A stretch of 64,000 nucleotides of DNA from Eledone cirrhosa (taxonomy: Eukaryota). A program made the position numbers and the translations under genes. The notes beneath the pieces are model-generated. The model was given only the letters and a program-made list of their open reading frames with translations. It searched no databases and was not told the origin of the DNA. Below are positions 26,001 to 38,429 of this stretch, piece after piece. Position 1 is the stretch's first letter. Each line of letters starts with the position of its first letter. The stretch is taken from NCBI GenBank assembly GCA_964016885.1, contig OZ024740.1:247380001-247444000 (forward strand). The letters run 5' to 3'.

Positions 26001-29000
26001 TGTGTCTACGGTTGTATGCCGTCTATGCCTAGTCTGTGTCTACTGTTGTATGCCGTCTATGACTAGTCTGTGTCTACGGTTGTATGCCGTCTATGACTAG
26101 TCTGTGTCTACGGTTGTATGCCGTCTATGCCTAGTCTGTGTCTACGGTTGTATGCCGTCTATGCCTAGTCTGTGTCTACGGTTGTATGCCGTCTATGACT
26201 AGTCTGTGTCTACGGTTGTATGCCGTCTATGACTAGTCTGTGTCTACGGTTGTATGCGGTCTATGACTAGTCTGTGTCTACGGTTGTATGACGTCTATGA
26301 CTAGTCTGTGTCTACGGTTGTATGGCATCTATGACTAGTCTGTGTCTACGGTTGTATGCCGTCTATGACTAGTCTGTGTCTACGGTTGTATGCCGTCTAT
26401 GACTAGTCTGTGTCTACGGTTGTATGCCGTCTATGCCTAGTCTGTGTCTACGGTTGTATGCCGTCTATGACTAGTCTGTGTCTACGGTTGTATGCCGTCT
26501 ATGACTAGTCTGTGTCTACGGTTGTATGCCGTCTATGACTAGTCTGTGTCTACGGTTGTATGCCGTCTATGACTAGTCTGTGTCTACGGTTGTATGCCGT
26601 CTATGACTAGTCTGTGTCTACGGTAGTATGGCGTCTATGACTAGTCTGTGTCTACGGTTGTATGCCATCTATGACTAGTCTGTGTCTACGGTTGTATGCC
26701 GTCTATGACTAGTCTGTGTCTACGGGTGTATGCCGTCTATGACTAGTCTGTGTCTACGGTTGTGTGCCGTCTATGACTAGTCTGTGTCTACGGTTGTATG
26801 CCGTCTATGACTAGTCTGTGTCTACGGTTGTATGCCGTCTATGACTAGTCTGTGTCTACGGTTGTATGCCGTCTATGACTAGTCTGTGTCTACGGTTGTG
26901 TGCCGTCTATGACTAGTCTGTGTCTACGGTTGTATGCCGTCTATGACTAGTCTGTGTCTTCGGTTGTATGCCGTCTATGACTAGTCTGTGTCTACGGTTG
27001 TATGCCGTCTATGACTAGTCTGTGTCTACGGTTGTATGCCGTCTATGCCTAGTCTGTGTCTACGGTTGTATGCCGTCTATGACTAGTCTGTGTCTACTGT
27101 TGTATGCCGTCTATGCCTAGTCTGTGTCTACGGTTGTATGCCGTCTATGACTAGTCTGTGTCTACTGTTGTATGCCGTCTATGCCTAGTCTGTGTCTACG
27201 GTTGTATGCCGTCTATGCCTAGTCTGTGTCTACAGTTGTATGCCGTCTATAACTAGTCTGTGTCTACGGTTGTATGCCGTCTATGCCTAGTCTGTGTCTA
27301 CGGTTGTATGCCGTCTATGACTAGTCTGTGTCTACGGTTGTATATCGTCTATGCCTAGTCTGTGTCTACTGTTGTATGCCGTCTACGACTAGTCTGTGTC
27401 TACGGTTGTATGCCGTCTATGACTAGTCTGTGTCTACTGTTGTGTGCCGTCTATGACTAGTCTGTGTCTACGGTTGTATGCCGTCTATGCCTAGTCTGTG
27501 TCTACGGTTGTATGGCGTCTATGACTAGTCTGTGTCTACGGTTGTATGCCGTCTATGACTAGTCTGTGTCTACGGTTGTATGCCGTCTATGACTAGTCTG
27601 TGTCTACAGTTGTATACCGTCTATGACTAGTCTGTGTCTACGGTTGTATGCCGTCTATGACTAGTCTGTGTCTACGGTTGTATGCCGTCTATGACTAGTC
27701 TGTGTCTACGGTTGTATGCCGTCTATGCCTAGTCTGTGTCTACGGTTGTATGCCGTCTATGACTAGTCTGTGTCTACGGTTGTATGCCGTCTATGCCTAG
27801 TCTGTGTCTACTGTTGTATGCCGTCTATGACTAGTCTGTGTCTACTGTTGTATGCCGTCTATGACTTGTCTGTGTCTACGGTTGTATGCCGTCTATGCCT
27901 AGTCTGTGTCTACTGTTGTATGCCGTCTATGACTAGTCTGTGTCTACGGTTGTATGCCGTCTATGACTAGTCTGTGTCTACGGTTGTATGCCGTCTATAC
28001 CTAGTCTGTGTCTACGGTTGTATGCCGTCTATGCCTAGTCTGTGTCTACGGTTGTATGCCGTCTATGACTTGTCTGTGTCTACGGTTGTATGCCGTCTAT
28101 GACTAGTCTGTGTCTACTGTTGTATGCCGTCTATGACTAGTCTGTATCTACGGTTGTGTGCCGTCTATGACTTGTCTGTGTCTACGGTTGTATGCCGTCT
28201 ATGACTAGTCTGTGTCTACGGTTGTATGCCGTCTATGACTTGTCTGTGTCTACGGTTGTATGCCGTCTATGACTAGTCTGTGTCTACTGTTGTATGCCGT
28301 CTATGACTAGTCTGTGTCTACGGTTGTGTGCCGTCTATGACTTGTCTGTGTCTACAGTTGTATGCCGTCTATGACTAGTCTGTGTCTACGGTTGTATGCC
28401 GTCTATGACTAGTCTGTGTCTACGGTTGTATGCCGTCTATGCCTAGTCTGTGTCTACGGTTGTATGCCGTCTATGCCTAGTCTGTGTCTACGGTTGTATG
28501 CCGTCTATGACTTGTCTGTGTCTACGGTTGTATGCCGTCTATGACTAGTCTGTGTCTACTGTTGTATGCCGTCTATGACTAGTCTGTGTCTACGGTTGTG
28601 TGCCGTCTATGACTAGTCTGTGTCTACTGTTGTATGCCGTCTATGACTAGTCTGTGTCTACGGTTGTATGCCGTCTATGACTAGTCTGTGTCTACAGTTG
28701 TATGCCGTCTATGACTAGTCTGTGTCTACAGTTGTATGCCGTCTATGACTTGTCTGTGTCTACGGTTGTATGCCGTCTATGACTAGTCTGTGTCTACGGT
28801 TGTATGCCGTCTATGACTAGTCTGTGTCTACGGTTGTATGCCGTCTATGACTAGTCTGTGTCTACAGTTGTATGCCGTCTATGACTTGTCTGTGTCTACG
28901 GTTGTATGCCGTCTATGACTAGTCTATGTCTACGGTTGTATGCCGTCTATGACTAGTCTGTGTCTACGGTTGTATGCCGTCTATGACTAGTCTGTGTCTA

Positions 29001-31353
29001 CAGTTGTATGCCGTCTATGACTTGTCTGTGTCTACGGTTGTATGCCGTCTATGACTAGTCTATGTCTACGGTTGTATGCCGTCTATGACTAGTCTGTGTC
29101 TACGGTTGTATGCCGTCTATGACTAGTCTGTGTATACGCGTGTATGCCGTCTATGACTAGTCTGTGTCTACAGTTGTATGCCGTCTATGACTTGTCTGTG
29201 TCTACGGTTGTATGCCGTCTATGACTAGTCTGTGTCTACGGTTGTATGCCGTCTATGACTAGTCTGTGTCTACGGTTGTATGCCGTCTATGACTAGTCTG
29301 TGTCTACAGTTGTATGCCGTCTATGACTTGTCTGTGTCTACGGTTGTATGCCGTCTATGACTAGTCTATGTCTACGGTTGTATGCCGTCTATGACTAGTC
29401 TGTGTCTACGGTTGTATGCCGTCTATGACTAGTCTGTGTCTACAGTTTTATGCCGTCTATGACTTGTCTGTGTCTAGGGTTGTATGCCGTCTATGACTAG
29501 TCTATGTCTACGGTTGTATGCCGTCTATGACTAGTCTGTGTCTACGGTTGTATGCCGTCTATGACTAGTCTGTGTATACGGGTGTATGCCGTCTATGACT
29601 AGTCTGTGTCTACGGTTGTATGCCGTCTATGACTAGTCTGTGTCTACAGTTGTATGCCGTCTACGCCTAGTCTGTGTCTACTGTTGTATGCCGTCTATGA
29701 CTAGTCTGTGTCTACTGTTGTATGCCGTCTATGACTTGTCTGTGTCTACGGTTGTATGCCGTCTATGCCTAGTCTGTGTCTACTGTTGTATGCCGTCTAT
29801 GACTAGTCTGTGTCTACGGTTGTATGCCGTCTATGACTAGTCTGTGTCTACGGTTGTATGCCGTCTATGCCTAGTCTGTGTCTACGGTTGTATGCCGTCT
29901 ATGCCTAGTCTGTGTCTACGGTTGTATGCCGTCTATGACTAGTCTGTGTCTACGGTTGTATGCCGTCTATGACTAGTCTGTGTCTACGGTTGTATGCGGT
30001 CTATGACTAGTCTGTGTCTACGGTTGTATGACGTCTATGACTAGTCTGTGTCTACGGTTGTATGGCATCTATGACTAGTCTGTGTCTACGGTTGTATGCC
30101 GTCTATGACTAGTCTGTGTCTACGGTTGTATGCCGTCTATGACTAGTCTGTGTCTACGGTTGTATGCCGTCTATGCCTAGTCTGTGTCTACGGTTGTATG
30201 CCGTCTATGACTAGTCTGTGTCTACGGTTGTATGCCGTCTATGACTAGTCTGTGTCTACGGTTGTATGCCGTCTATGACTAGTCTGTGTCTACGGTTGTA
30301 TGCCGTCTATGACTAGTCTGTGTCTACGGTTGTATGCCGTCTATGACTAGTCTGTGTCTACGGTAGTATGGCGTCTATGACTAGTCTGTGTCTACGGTTG
30401 TATGCCATCTATGACTAGTCTGTGTCTACGGTTGTATGCCGTCTATGACTAGTCTGTGTCTACGGTTGTATGCCGTCTATGACTAGTCTGTGTCTACGGG
30501 TGTATGCCGTCTATGACTAGTCTGTGTCTACGGGTGTATGCCGTCTATGACTAGTCTGTGTCTACGGTTGTATGCCGTCTATGACTAGTCTGTGTCTACG
30601 GTTGTATGCCGTCTATGACTAGTCTGTGTCTACGGTAGTATGGCGTCTATGACTAGTCTGTGTCTACGGTTGTATGCCATATATGACTAGTCTGTGTCTA
30701 CGGTTGTATGCCGTCTATGACTAGTCTGTGTCTACGGGTGTATGCCGTCTATGACTAGTCTGTGTCTACGGGTGTATGCCGTCTATGACTAGTCTGTGTC
30801 TACGGTTGTATGCCGTCTATGACTAGTCTGTGTCTACGGTTGTATGCCGTCTATGACTAGTCTGTGTCTACTGTTGTATGCCGTCTATGACTAGTCTGTG
30901 TCTACGGTTGTATGGCGTCTATGACTAGTCTGTGTCTACGGTTGTATGCCGTCTATGACTAGTCTGTGTCTACGGTTGTATGCCGTCTATGACTAGTCTG
31001 TGTCTACGGTTGTATGCCGTCTATGACTAGTCTGTGACTACGGTTGTATGGCGTCTATGACTAGTCTGTGTCTACGGTTGTATGCCGTCTATGACTAGTC
31101 TGTGTCTACGGGTGTATGCCGTCTATGACTAGTCTGTGTCTACGGGTGTATGCCGTCTATGACTAGTCTGTGTCTACGGTTGTATGCCGTCTATGACTAG
31201 TCTGTGTCTACGGTTGTATGCCGTCTATGACTAGTCTGTGTCTACGGTTGTATGCCGTCTATGACTAGTCTGTGTCTACGGTTGTATGCCGTCTATGCCT
31301 AGTCTGTGTCTACGGTTGTATGCCGTCTATGACTAGTCTGTGTCTACAGTTGT
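23025..31353. repeat. 34-bp minisatellite (GACTAGTCTGTGTCTACGGTTGTATGCCGTCTAT), about 245 copies, with 3740-bp higher-order repeat
   Basis: Contiguous units, no spacers; rare variants recur at +3740. Confidence 0.98.
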
Positions 31354-32100
31354 GTGTGCGTGGGTTATATACGTATTTAACTGCTTATATGTATATACGT
31401 TTATATAATTATATGTATACACACACACACATATATGTATTTTTATGTGTATTTGGTGTATACGTTCGTATGTGTGTGGGTACATGTGTCGCGCGGGCTT
31501 ATGTATGTGTGCGCGTATTTATGTGTACGTGCATGTGTATGCATGCATCGCGTATGCACGTGTATGTACGTATATAGATGCGTATATGTATATATTTAAT
31601 TATTTTTACTTTTTTGATTTTAATAACCTCTGTCATTTTCGTTCTACTAAATTATTTACATTATTCTTAACTCTGAAGCCGAGAATCAATCGGTTTCCTA
31701 AATAGAATATTAGTCTACGACTTCATTTATACCATAAACGTGGTTTTGTCTTTGCGTGTAATTGTTCTCCACGGTCCACACAACGACGTATTATCTTCGG
31801 ATTTTTCCGTTCATTGCCAGGGAACGTCTTCAAGAACCAAAGTAGCGTCTTCCTGTTTTACTTCAGTGGCAACGTTTTCGAAATATTTACTTCTGCGTTC
31901 ACAGATTCATTTTTTTTAATTTCAGAAGATCCCGTAAAGGGTGAACGCAGCGATTCTTTGCTTAAACTTTAATCTGTTATTTTAATAAATATATATATAT
32001 CTCAAGCGTGAAACTAATATTAACATTTGTACTGCCTCGTCGCTTCCACGTTTTTTTTTGTTTTTGCTTTCTGTTTACTGTCTCAACTTTAATATATTTA

Positions 32101-32188
<88 letters not shown>

Positions 32189-32204
32189 TATATATATATA
32201 TATA

Positions 32205-33872
32205 CGTGGAGAAGTATATAAAGGAGAACAAACCGTTAAAACATGTTTATTTAAAACACCACCTACGTACTTTACGCCCGAAAGCGCTTCTCAAGGGCAT
32301 AACAAACTAAAAAGTGATCCTTACATGACCCAGAAGGGGTTTTAAAGATAAGTTCACATCACAGTTCATTCTTGCTAAATAACATGTATTGATTTTGCAG
32401 TAGATCAGAGGAGATAACTCTAGCCGGTGTTAGAGCAGTGTTCCCCTGGCTATTTGTTACCCGTTAGTATTTTATGGTTACTGCTTTACCATTGTCGATT
32501 CACGTAGGGTCTGGGGTGCAAGGTTAGTTTCGAGATGTTTGTTTGCAGCGCCTGCCCGCCGGGGTATTAAGGCTTGGTGCAGGGGGCCTGATTTACGGTT
32601 TTCACGCCTTATTCTTATTCCATCTCGAGTAAGAAATGTTTAAGCGGTGCGTGCAGCTTATCACTGTTTCTGCTCTGCTGTTGATGAGCTCATGGGGTGC
32701 CGTTATGATATGGTGAAGCTCCATGAGGCAAAGCTCGCACTTCCTCTTGAAATTGTACGGTGCTGCCCTGCCGACAATTTCCCAGTGCGTGGATAAGCTT
32801 ATGTTTGAGTCTTTTAATGCTGTGATGTAATTCGACGACAACAGAAGGCGCTGCGGCTTGCGGAGTGATAATGGTACTACTCCGCACGCAGTGGGATATA
32901 ATGGTACTAACGACAGATATAGAGGCGTAGGTAACAACATAGATAGCAATAATAATAGCCTTACCTTGGGAACTAGAATGGACTGCGACCGAAATTGCAA
33001 CTGTCGTGACAGGGGACGCTGCCCCCTTAGGGGAAATTGCCTGACTGATAAGGTTATTTATAATTGCCCCGTAACTAGCCATAATAGAGTTAAGCATTAT
33101 GTAGGGGCTACCTCTGGCCCGTGCAAAAATAGATTTCGAACACATCTCCACTCTTTCGCAAACAAGAAACTAAGACACTCCACTTCGCTCGCGAATTACA
33201 TCACAGCATTAAAAGACTCAAACATCAGCTTCTCCACGCACTGGGAAATTGAGGCAGGGCAGCACCGTACAATTTCAAGAGGAAGTGCGAGCTTTGCCTC
33301 ATGGAGATTTACCATATCATAACGGCACCCCATGAGCTCATCAACAGCAGAGCAGCAACAGTAATAAGCTGCACGCACCGCTTAAAAATTTCTTACTCCG
33401 GATGGAATAATAATGAGGCGGGAAAACCGTAAACCGGGTCACACTGCACCAAGCCTTAACACCCCGGCGAGCAGGCGCTGTAAAAAACTTCTGGAAACTA
33501 ACAATGCATCCCAGACCTGGCGTGAATCGACCCCGACCGGCAGGCCCTGCAAACAAACATCTGGAAACTAACCTTGCATCCCTGACCCTGCGTGAATCGA
33601 CAATGGTAAAGCAGTAACCACAAAATATTAACGGGTAACAAATAGCTGGTGAAAACTGCTCTAACACCAGCTAGAGTTATCTCCCTTGATCTACTGCAAA
33701 ATCAATAATTTGTTTTTTACGGAGAATGAACTGTGATGTGAACTTATCTTTAAAACCCCTTCTTTTAGTTTGTTATGCCCTTGAGAAGCCCTTTCGGGCG
33801 AAACGTACGTAGGTACTGTTTTAAATAAACATGTTTTAATGGTTTGTTCTCCTTTATATACTTCTTCACGTG
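32205..33872 (+). mobile_element. Palindromic truncated PLE: GIY-YIG fragment (~32960-33410) between ~630-bp inverted arms
   Basis: CNCRDRGRCPLRGNCLTDKVIYNC..HYVGATSGPCKNRFRTH..SLANYI; 32205-32835 is the reverse complement of ~33190-33872. Confidence 0.88.
33775..33816 (+). ncRNA. Hammerhead-like motif with variant core (degenerate copy on - at ~32260-32302)
   Basis: TGCCC-TTGAGAA-GCCC-TTTC-GGGC-GAAA-CGTACG-TA-GGTA; stem I is weak. Confidence 0.6.
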
Positions 33873-33899
33873 TATCCACTCTGCTTATATTCTCGCCCA

Positions 33900-34034
33900 C
33901 TAGATATTAACACTTCTAATATTTAACACTTGCAGGCACAAGTATTGAGTATTTTTGCATATGCTATTGGCAATAAACTACATGTATCGCCTATCTCTTC
34001 TTCTCTCTCCGATACTTAAATCCTCTCTCTCTCG

Positions 34035-34065
<31 letters not shown>

Positions 34066-34191
34066 ATCACCACCTCATTGAAAGACATCGAAAATGTCGT
34101 CAGTTTTGAAAACACGATGTCGGACGTTGATTGTAACATCAACACTAACACAAACACCAATATCATGCAAAATATAAACAACACCAACCAG

Positions 34192-34224
<33 letters not shown>

Positions 34225-37200
34225 AATTGTTTCTACTTTAGGCACAAGGCCAGCAATTACACAGTACATTACTGGTACTTTATTTTATCGACCCCGTAAG
34301 GATGGAAGGCAAAGTTAACCTCGGCGGGATTTGAACTCAGACTGTAAAGGGACGTAACTATGCTAGAAAGCATGGCGTCCGACCCTCTACCCATACTGCC
34401 AATTCACCGCCAATAACATCAACAATAATGACAACAAGAATAACAACAGCAACAATGATAACAACAACATCACCACCAACAACAACAATGATAACAACAA
34501 CAACACCAACAACAACAGCAACACGAACAACTCCACGAACAAGGAAAAGATTTCTTTTGCTCAAACCGTCCAAAAGACGTAACTGTTCACATACCTTGAC
34601 ATTTCCAATGCTAGGGAAATGTTAAGCGATGCAAAACAGTACGTAACTTATGGTGAGAGTGGTGCTTTCACCATCACTTCTCCTCAACAGTTACGCAGAG
34701 AAACTTTCTAAAAAGAGGACGGTTTCAAATGTGTCGAAAAAACCAGTTCAGTTATTCCCAAACGATATTGAACTAGTTCTGAAGAATTCCATGAAGGATA
34801 TTGCCTTCATCCAAAAAGGGAAACTTTTTGGAAGCATTTCGGTGTTCTTGAAAGACCAATTGACAGCACAAAAATATTCTGTATCGCCGATTGTGTCCCC
34901 CCCTTTACACCTTTTTCCCCACATATATGGGAAAAAGAACTCAAAAAATAAAAATTTTGAACATTGCACCAAATGTAAACGTCTGGTGGATTCTAACTGG
35001 CTTCATCGATTTTGACGAAGACACCATCATTTCGGTGGGAAAGTCCTCCAGAGGCACATTCAATGGTACAAGCATGGAAGTTCTGTTCCAAATGAGGCCA
35101 GAATGGATAGCTAAAATACCCCCAACGTGTGCCTCTGGATGGAATTTCACGCATAAACATTTCTGTTGAGGGTAGGCGGCCTTCATGTGACCACTGTTTA
35201 AGCAGTGGTCACCTAAAGGCTTACTTCCTCAGTTAACTTTAAAAAAAGACGCACTACTGCCAACAGCCAAAACAACTGTGTAGACAAACCTAATTTAAAG
35301 ATGATTAGGGTCCCTACGGACACCTATAAGTCTTTAAAGGAAAACTTTCCTAAGGACGTGGGTAATCCTTGTGTTAAACCCATTAACCGCGTCCTTTAAA
35401 AAAGTTTCCCCACCCTCACCCCATACACCCCCACCCCCAGACACCCCACCCCACCAACATCTCCGTCCCCACCCCACCGGAAACCACCACCCACCCAGAC
35501 AACTCCTCTAACGCCCCCATGGAAACTGTGCAGCCTGATCCCCGGGAGACGAAGGGGTGAGTGTTTTCTTCTCCTCTTTTAACTTTTCAGAACCAACATG
35601 GCCAATATAAGAGTTGGGTGTGTGAATGTACGCGGCCTGGGGATGCCCTGGAAACAGGGCAAACTCTTAAACGACCTCAGGTCGCACAGTATGGGTGTTA
35701 TTAGCCAATTGCGAGTCCAGGATCCACAGCGAGCGACAGCTGGCCCCCATTTTCGATGACTTTGAGATCTACGCATCTCTTTGTCAGCCGGGGGGTGGGG
35801 GCAGAGTTGCCGTTTTGCTGCGGAAACACCTGAGTCTCGTAACACTGACGGTACATCTGGACCCGGAGAGTCGACTGATGGTCCTAGACGTTGACGGTAG
35901 TGAAGGTGGAGACTTCAGGCTGGTGGCCGCATATGCCCCATCCGGGACACCGCGGCCAGACTTCTTCAAATGTCTAGAGACTGTTCTGGGAACGTCCCGC
36001 TCCTTGCTTTTAGTGGGGGACTGGAATGGAATCCTAGATGCACGTTGGGACTATGTGGGAGCATGTCCCGATAAAGGGGGATGTAACATCCTCAAACAGT
36101 TTATCGGCCAATTTGTCCTGGCCGATAGATATCGACTAGATTTTCCGACTGTGCCACTGTGGACGTGGACTAATCTTAGCGGAACATCTAGATCGTACCT
36201 AGATAGGGTTCTAGTTAGAAATAATGATAGCGACATGTTAAGCTGTCTACAAATGTTCATGGTTACCTATTCAGATCACAAACTAGTGACCTGCATGGTC
36301 AACCTTGATAGAACCATAGACAAGGACCCGGCTACTGGAAGCTGAACTTGTCGTTACCGACATGCAAAGCCTACAGTTGACAAATTAGCACTTTTTGTTA
36401 AACAGCACTTGACAGGGGCCATTGTCAACAACAGATGGTGGTACTCTCTCTAGAGGGCAGTTAGATTAGACTCGTTAGTTTTTAATAAAGAATTAGCATT
36501 AGATAGAAATAGAACAGAGAAAGAACTGGTAGATAAAGTAGAAGAGGCAATTATAAGTAGCAACGTAGCCAGCGTGCTAGCAACGAGAACGGCCTTGGAC
36601 CAGTTCTTCAACGCAAAGCTTGAGGGCTGCGTTGTCAGAAGCAAAATACGTGCTCTGGGAAACGAGGGAGCCAAAGCTGTTAGCTGGGCCCGAGTGACGG
36701 AGGCAAAAAGTGGCAACAAGACCACGATTCGGTCTTTGAAGGACCAAAACGGACGCGTGATACATGAGCCGAAGCAGATGTATGCGGCCTTTCAGCGGCA
36801 CTTTGCTCAGCTGTTCGGGCAGGACAGCGCGCCGGGAGGGGCTATGGATTTCGGTCCATACCTCGACGGCCTACCGCGACTCTCGGACAGCGAGGCAAGG
36901 TTCTGCGAAAGGCCGATTTCAGCCGCTGAGAAAGGGGACGCGCTGAACCAATGCGGCAAACGCAAATCTCCAGGTCTCGACGGTCTACCCTACGAATTTT
37001 ACGTAGCAATGCCGGACTTATTCTCCGGTCTCCTGGAAGCGGTCTACTGCGACTGGCAACAGAACGGAAGAATTAACAGTTCTGTGACCGGGGACGTAGT
37101 CACACTAGTCAGGAAGGACGAGAATAAGGGGTATGACATAGGCAACTTCCGGCCCATAACTCTGCTAAACACAGAGTTACAGATTTTGGCCAAGGTGTTG

Positions 37201-37497
37201 GCAAAGAGGCTGGCACTTGTCGTCGAGAACCTGGTGGGAGAAGCGCAGACATGAGCAATCCCGACCAGGTCCATACACGACAACCTCCACCTCATGCGAT
37301 ACATCATAGAGAGGGTAGGGTGTAAACCCGGCTTCGGTGGGGCCCTGATCAACTTGGATCAGTCTAAGGCTTTCGATAGGGTTGACCATCGTTGCCTGGA
37401 TGCGGTGCTCGAGGCGGCAGGCTTCGGACCCGTGTTCAGGGGCTGGATTGCTGCAATGCACAACAGCAACATCTGCTCAAGTGTCAAGGTGAACGGC
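33900..37497 (+). mobile_element. L1/Tx1-clade non-LTR retrotransposon, decayed and 3'-truncated
   Basis: Asn-rich ORF1 relic; ORF2 from 35598 MANIRVGCVNVRGL, VGDWNGILD, SYLDRV, YSDHKLV (APE), KSPGLDGLPYEFY, NFRPITLLN, LDQSKAFDRV (RT). 5' boundary approximate. Confidence 0.9.
34222..34411 (-). mobile_element. tRNA-derived SINE (Octopus-type family) inserted in (AAC)n
   Basis: GGCGGTGAATTGGCAG..TCTGAGTTCAAATCCCGCCGAGGTTAACTTTGCC..GTCGATAAAATAAAGTACCAG; at least five other copies in the window. Confidence 0.85.
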
Positions 37498-38429
37498 TAA
37501 CAAATGGCAAGAAAAGCCTCTGTATGGAAAATACCCAGAACGAGCTAACAATCCTGATGTTGACAAAACTTTAACCCATCAGTGGTTGGCATCCTCTGGA
37601 CTGAAATCGGAGACTGAAGGACTGATTATATCAGCACAAGATCAGTGTCTGCCAACAAAAAATTACCAAGCCAACATAATAAAAAATGGATGCAGCCATT
37701 ATGCCGTGTATGTAAAAAACAACCAGAGACCATTGACCATATAATTTCAATGTGCAGTCCTATAGCTCCAACCGAATACCTAAACAGGCATGACAGAGCT
37801 GCACAATACATACATTGGATAATGTGTAAGCATTTTGACCTGCCCCATCAAAAGAATTGGTGGGAGCATCAACCACCTCCCATACTTCAAAAAGATCACA
37901 TCTCAATCTTGTGGAACTTCAGCATCCAAACAGACCGAAAAATAGATGCAAATAGACCTGATATAATATTGAAGGACTTTAAAAAGAGGGTATGCCTGCT
38001 AATTGATATGTCCGTTCCAATAGACAAGAATGTATCTATAAAAACATTTGAAAAATTGAGCAAGTATAAGGATCTGGAGATAGAAATTGGAAAAATGTGG
38101 AAATTGAGAACTAAAACAATACCAGTGGTTGTAGGCGCTCTAGGAATGATACCTAAGGGGTCTAATGATTACTTATCGCAAATCCCAGGAAACCCGCGTA
38201 TAGGAGAAATACAAAAGATAGTACTAATGGGAACTGCCCATATACTAAGGAAGATTCTGTCAATATAAGTACATCACAAGTCTAAACACTAAAGATGCAT
38301 GTGTGAGTATGTATGTTCTTTCTTGAACATGGCGGACCTTGTTGTCTCTTGAGGTCACTGGTTGTGACTTGGTGATAACTCGTATGAACATAAAGCAAGA
38401 TAAATGCAGCTGTAATAATAATAATAATG
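37498..38429 (+). mobile_element. 3' fragment of an R4/Dong-like non-LTR element (CCHC knuckle + restriction-like endonuclease) with (AAT)n tail
   Basis: CRVCKKQPETIDHIISMC, RHD, RPDIILKD..LIDMSVP..KYKDL; ends in TAATAATAATAAT. Confidence 0.88.

Noticed and set aside
24030-29840. Four repeated 66-aa Cys-rich ORFs
   Set aside because: They arise where point variants remove stops in the minisatellite; they only mark the 1870-bp sub-period.
23025-31353. CRISPR array (34-bp repeat)
   Set aside because: Units are contiguous with no unique spacers, there are no cas genes, and the context is eukaryotic.
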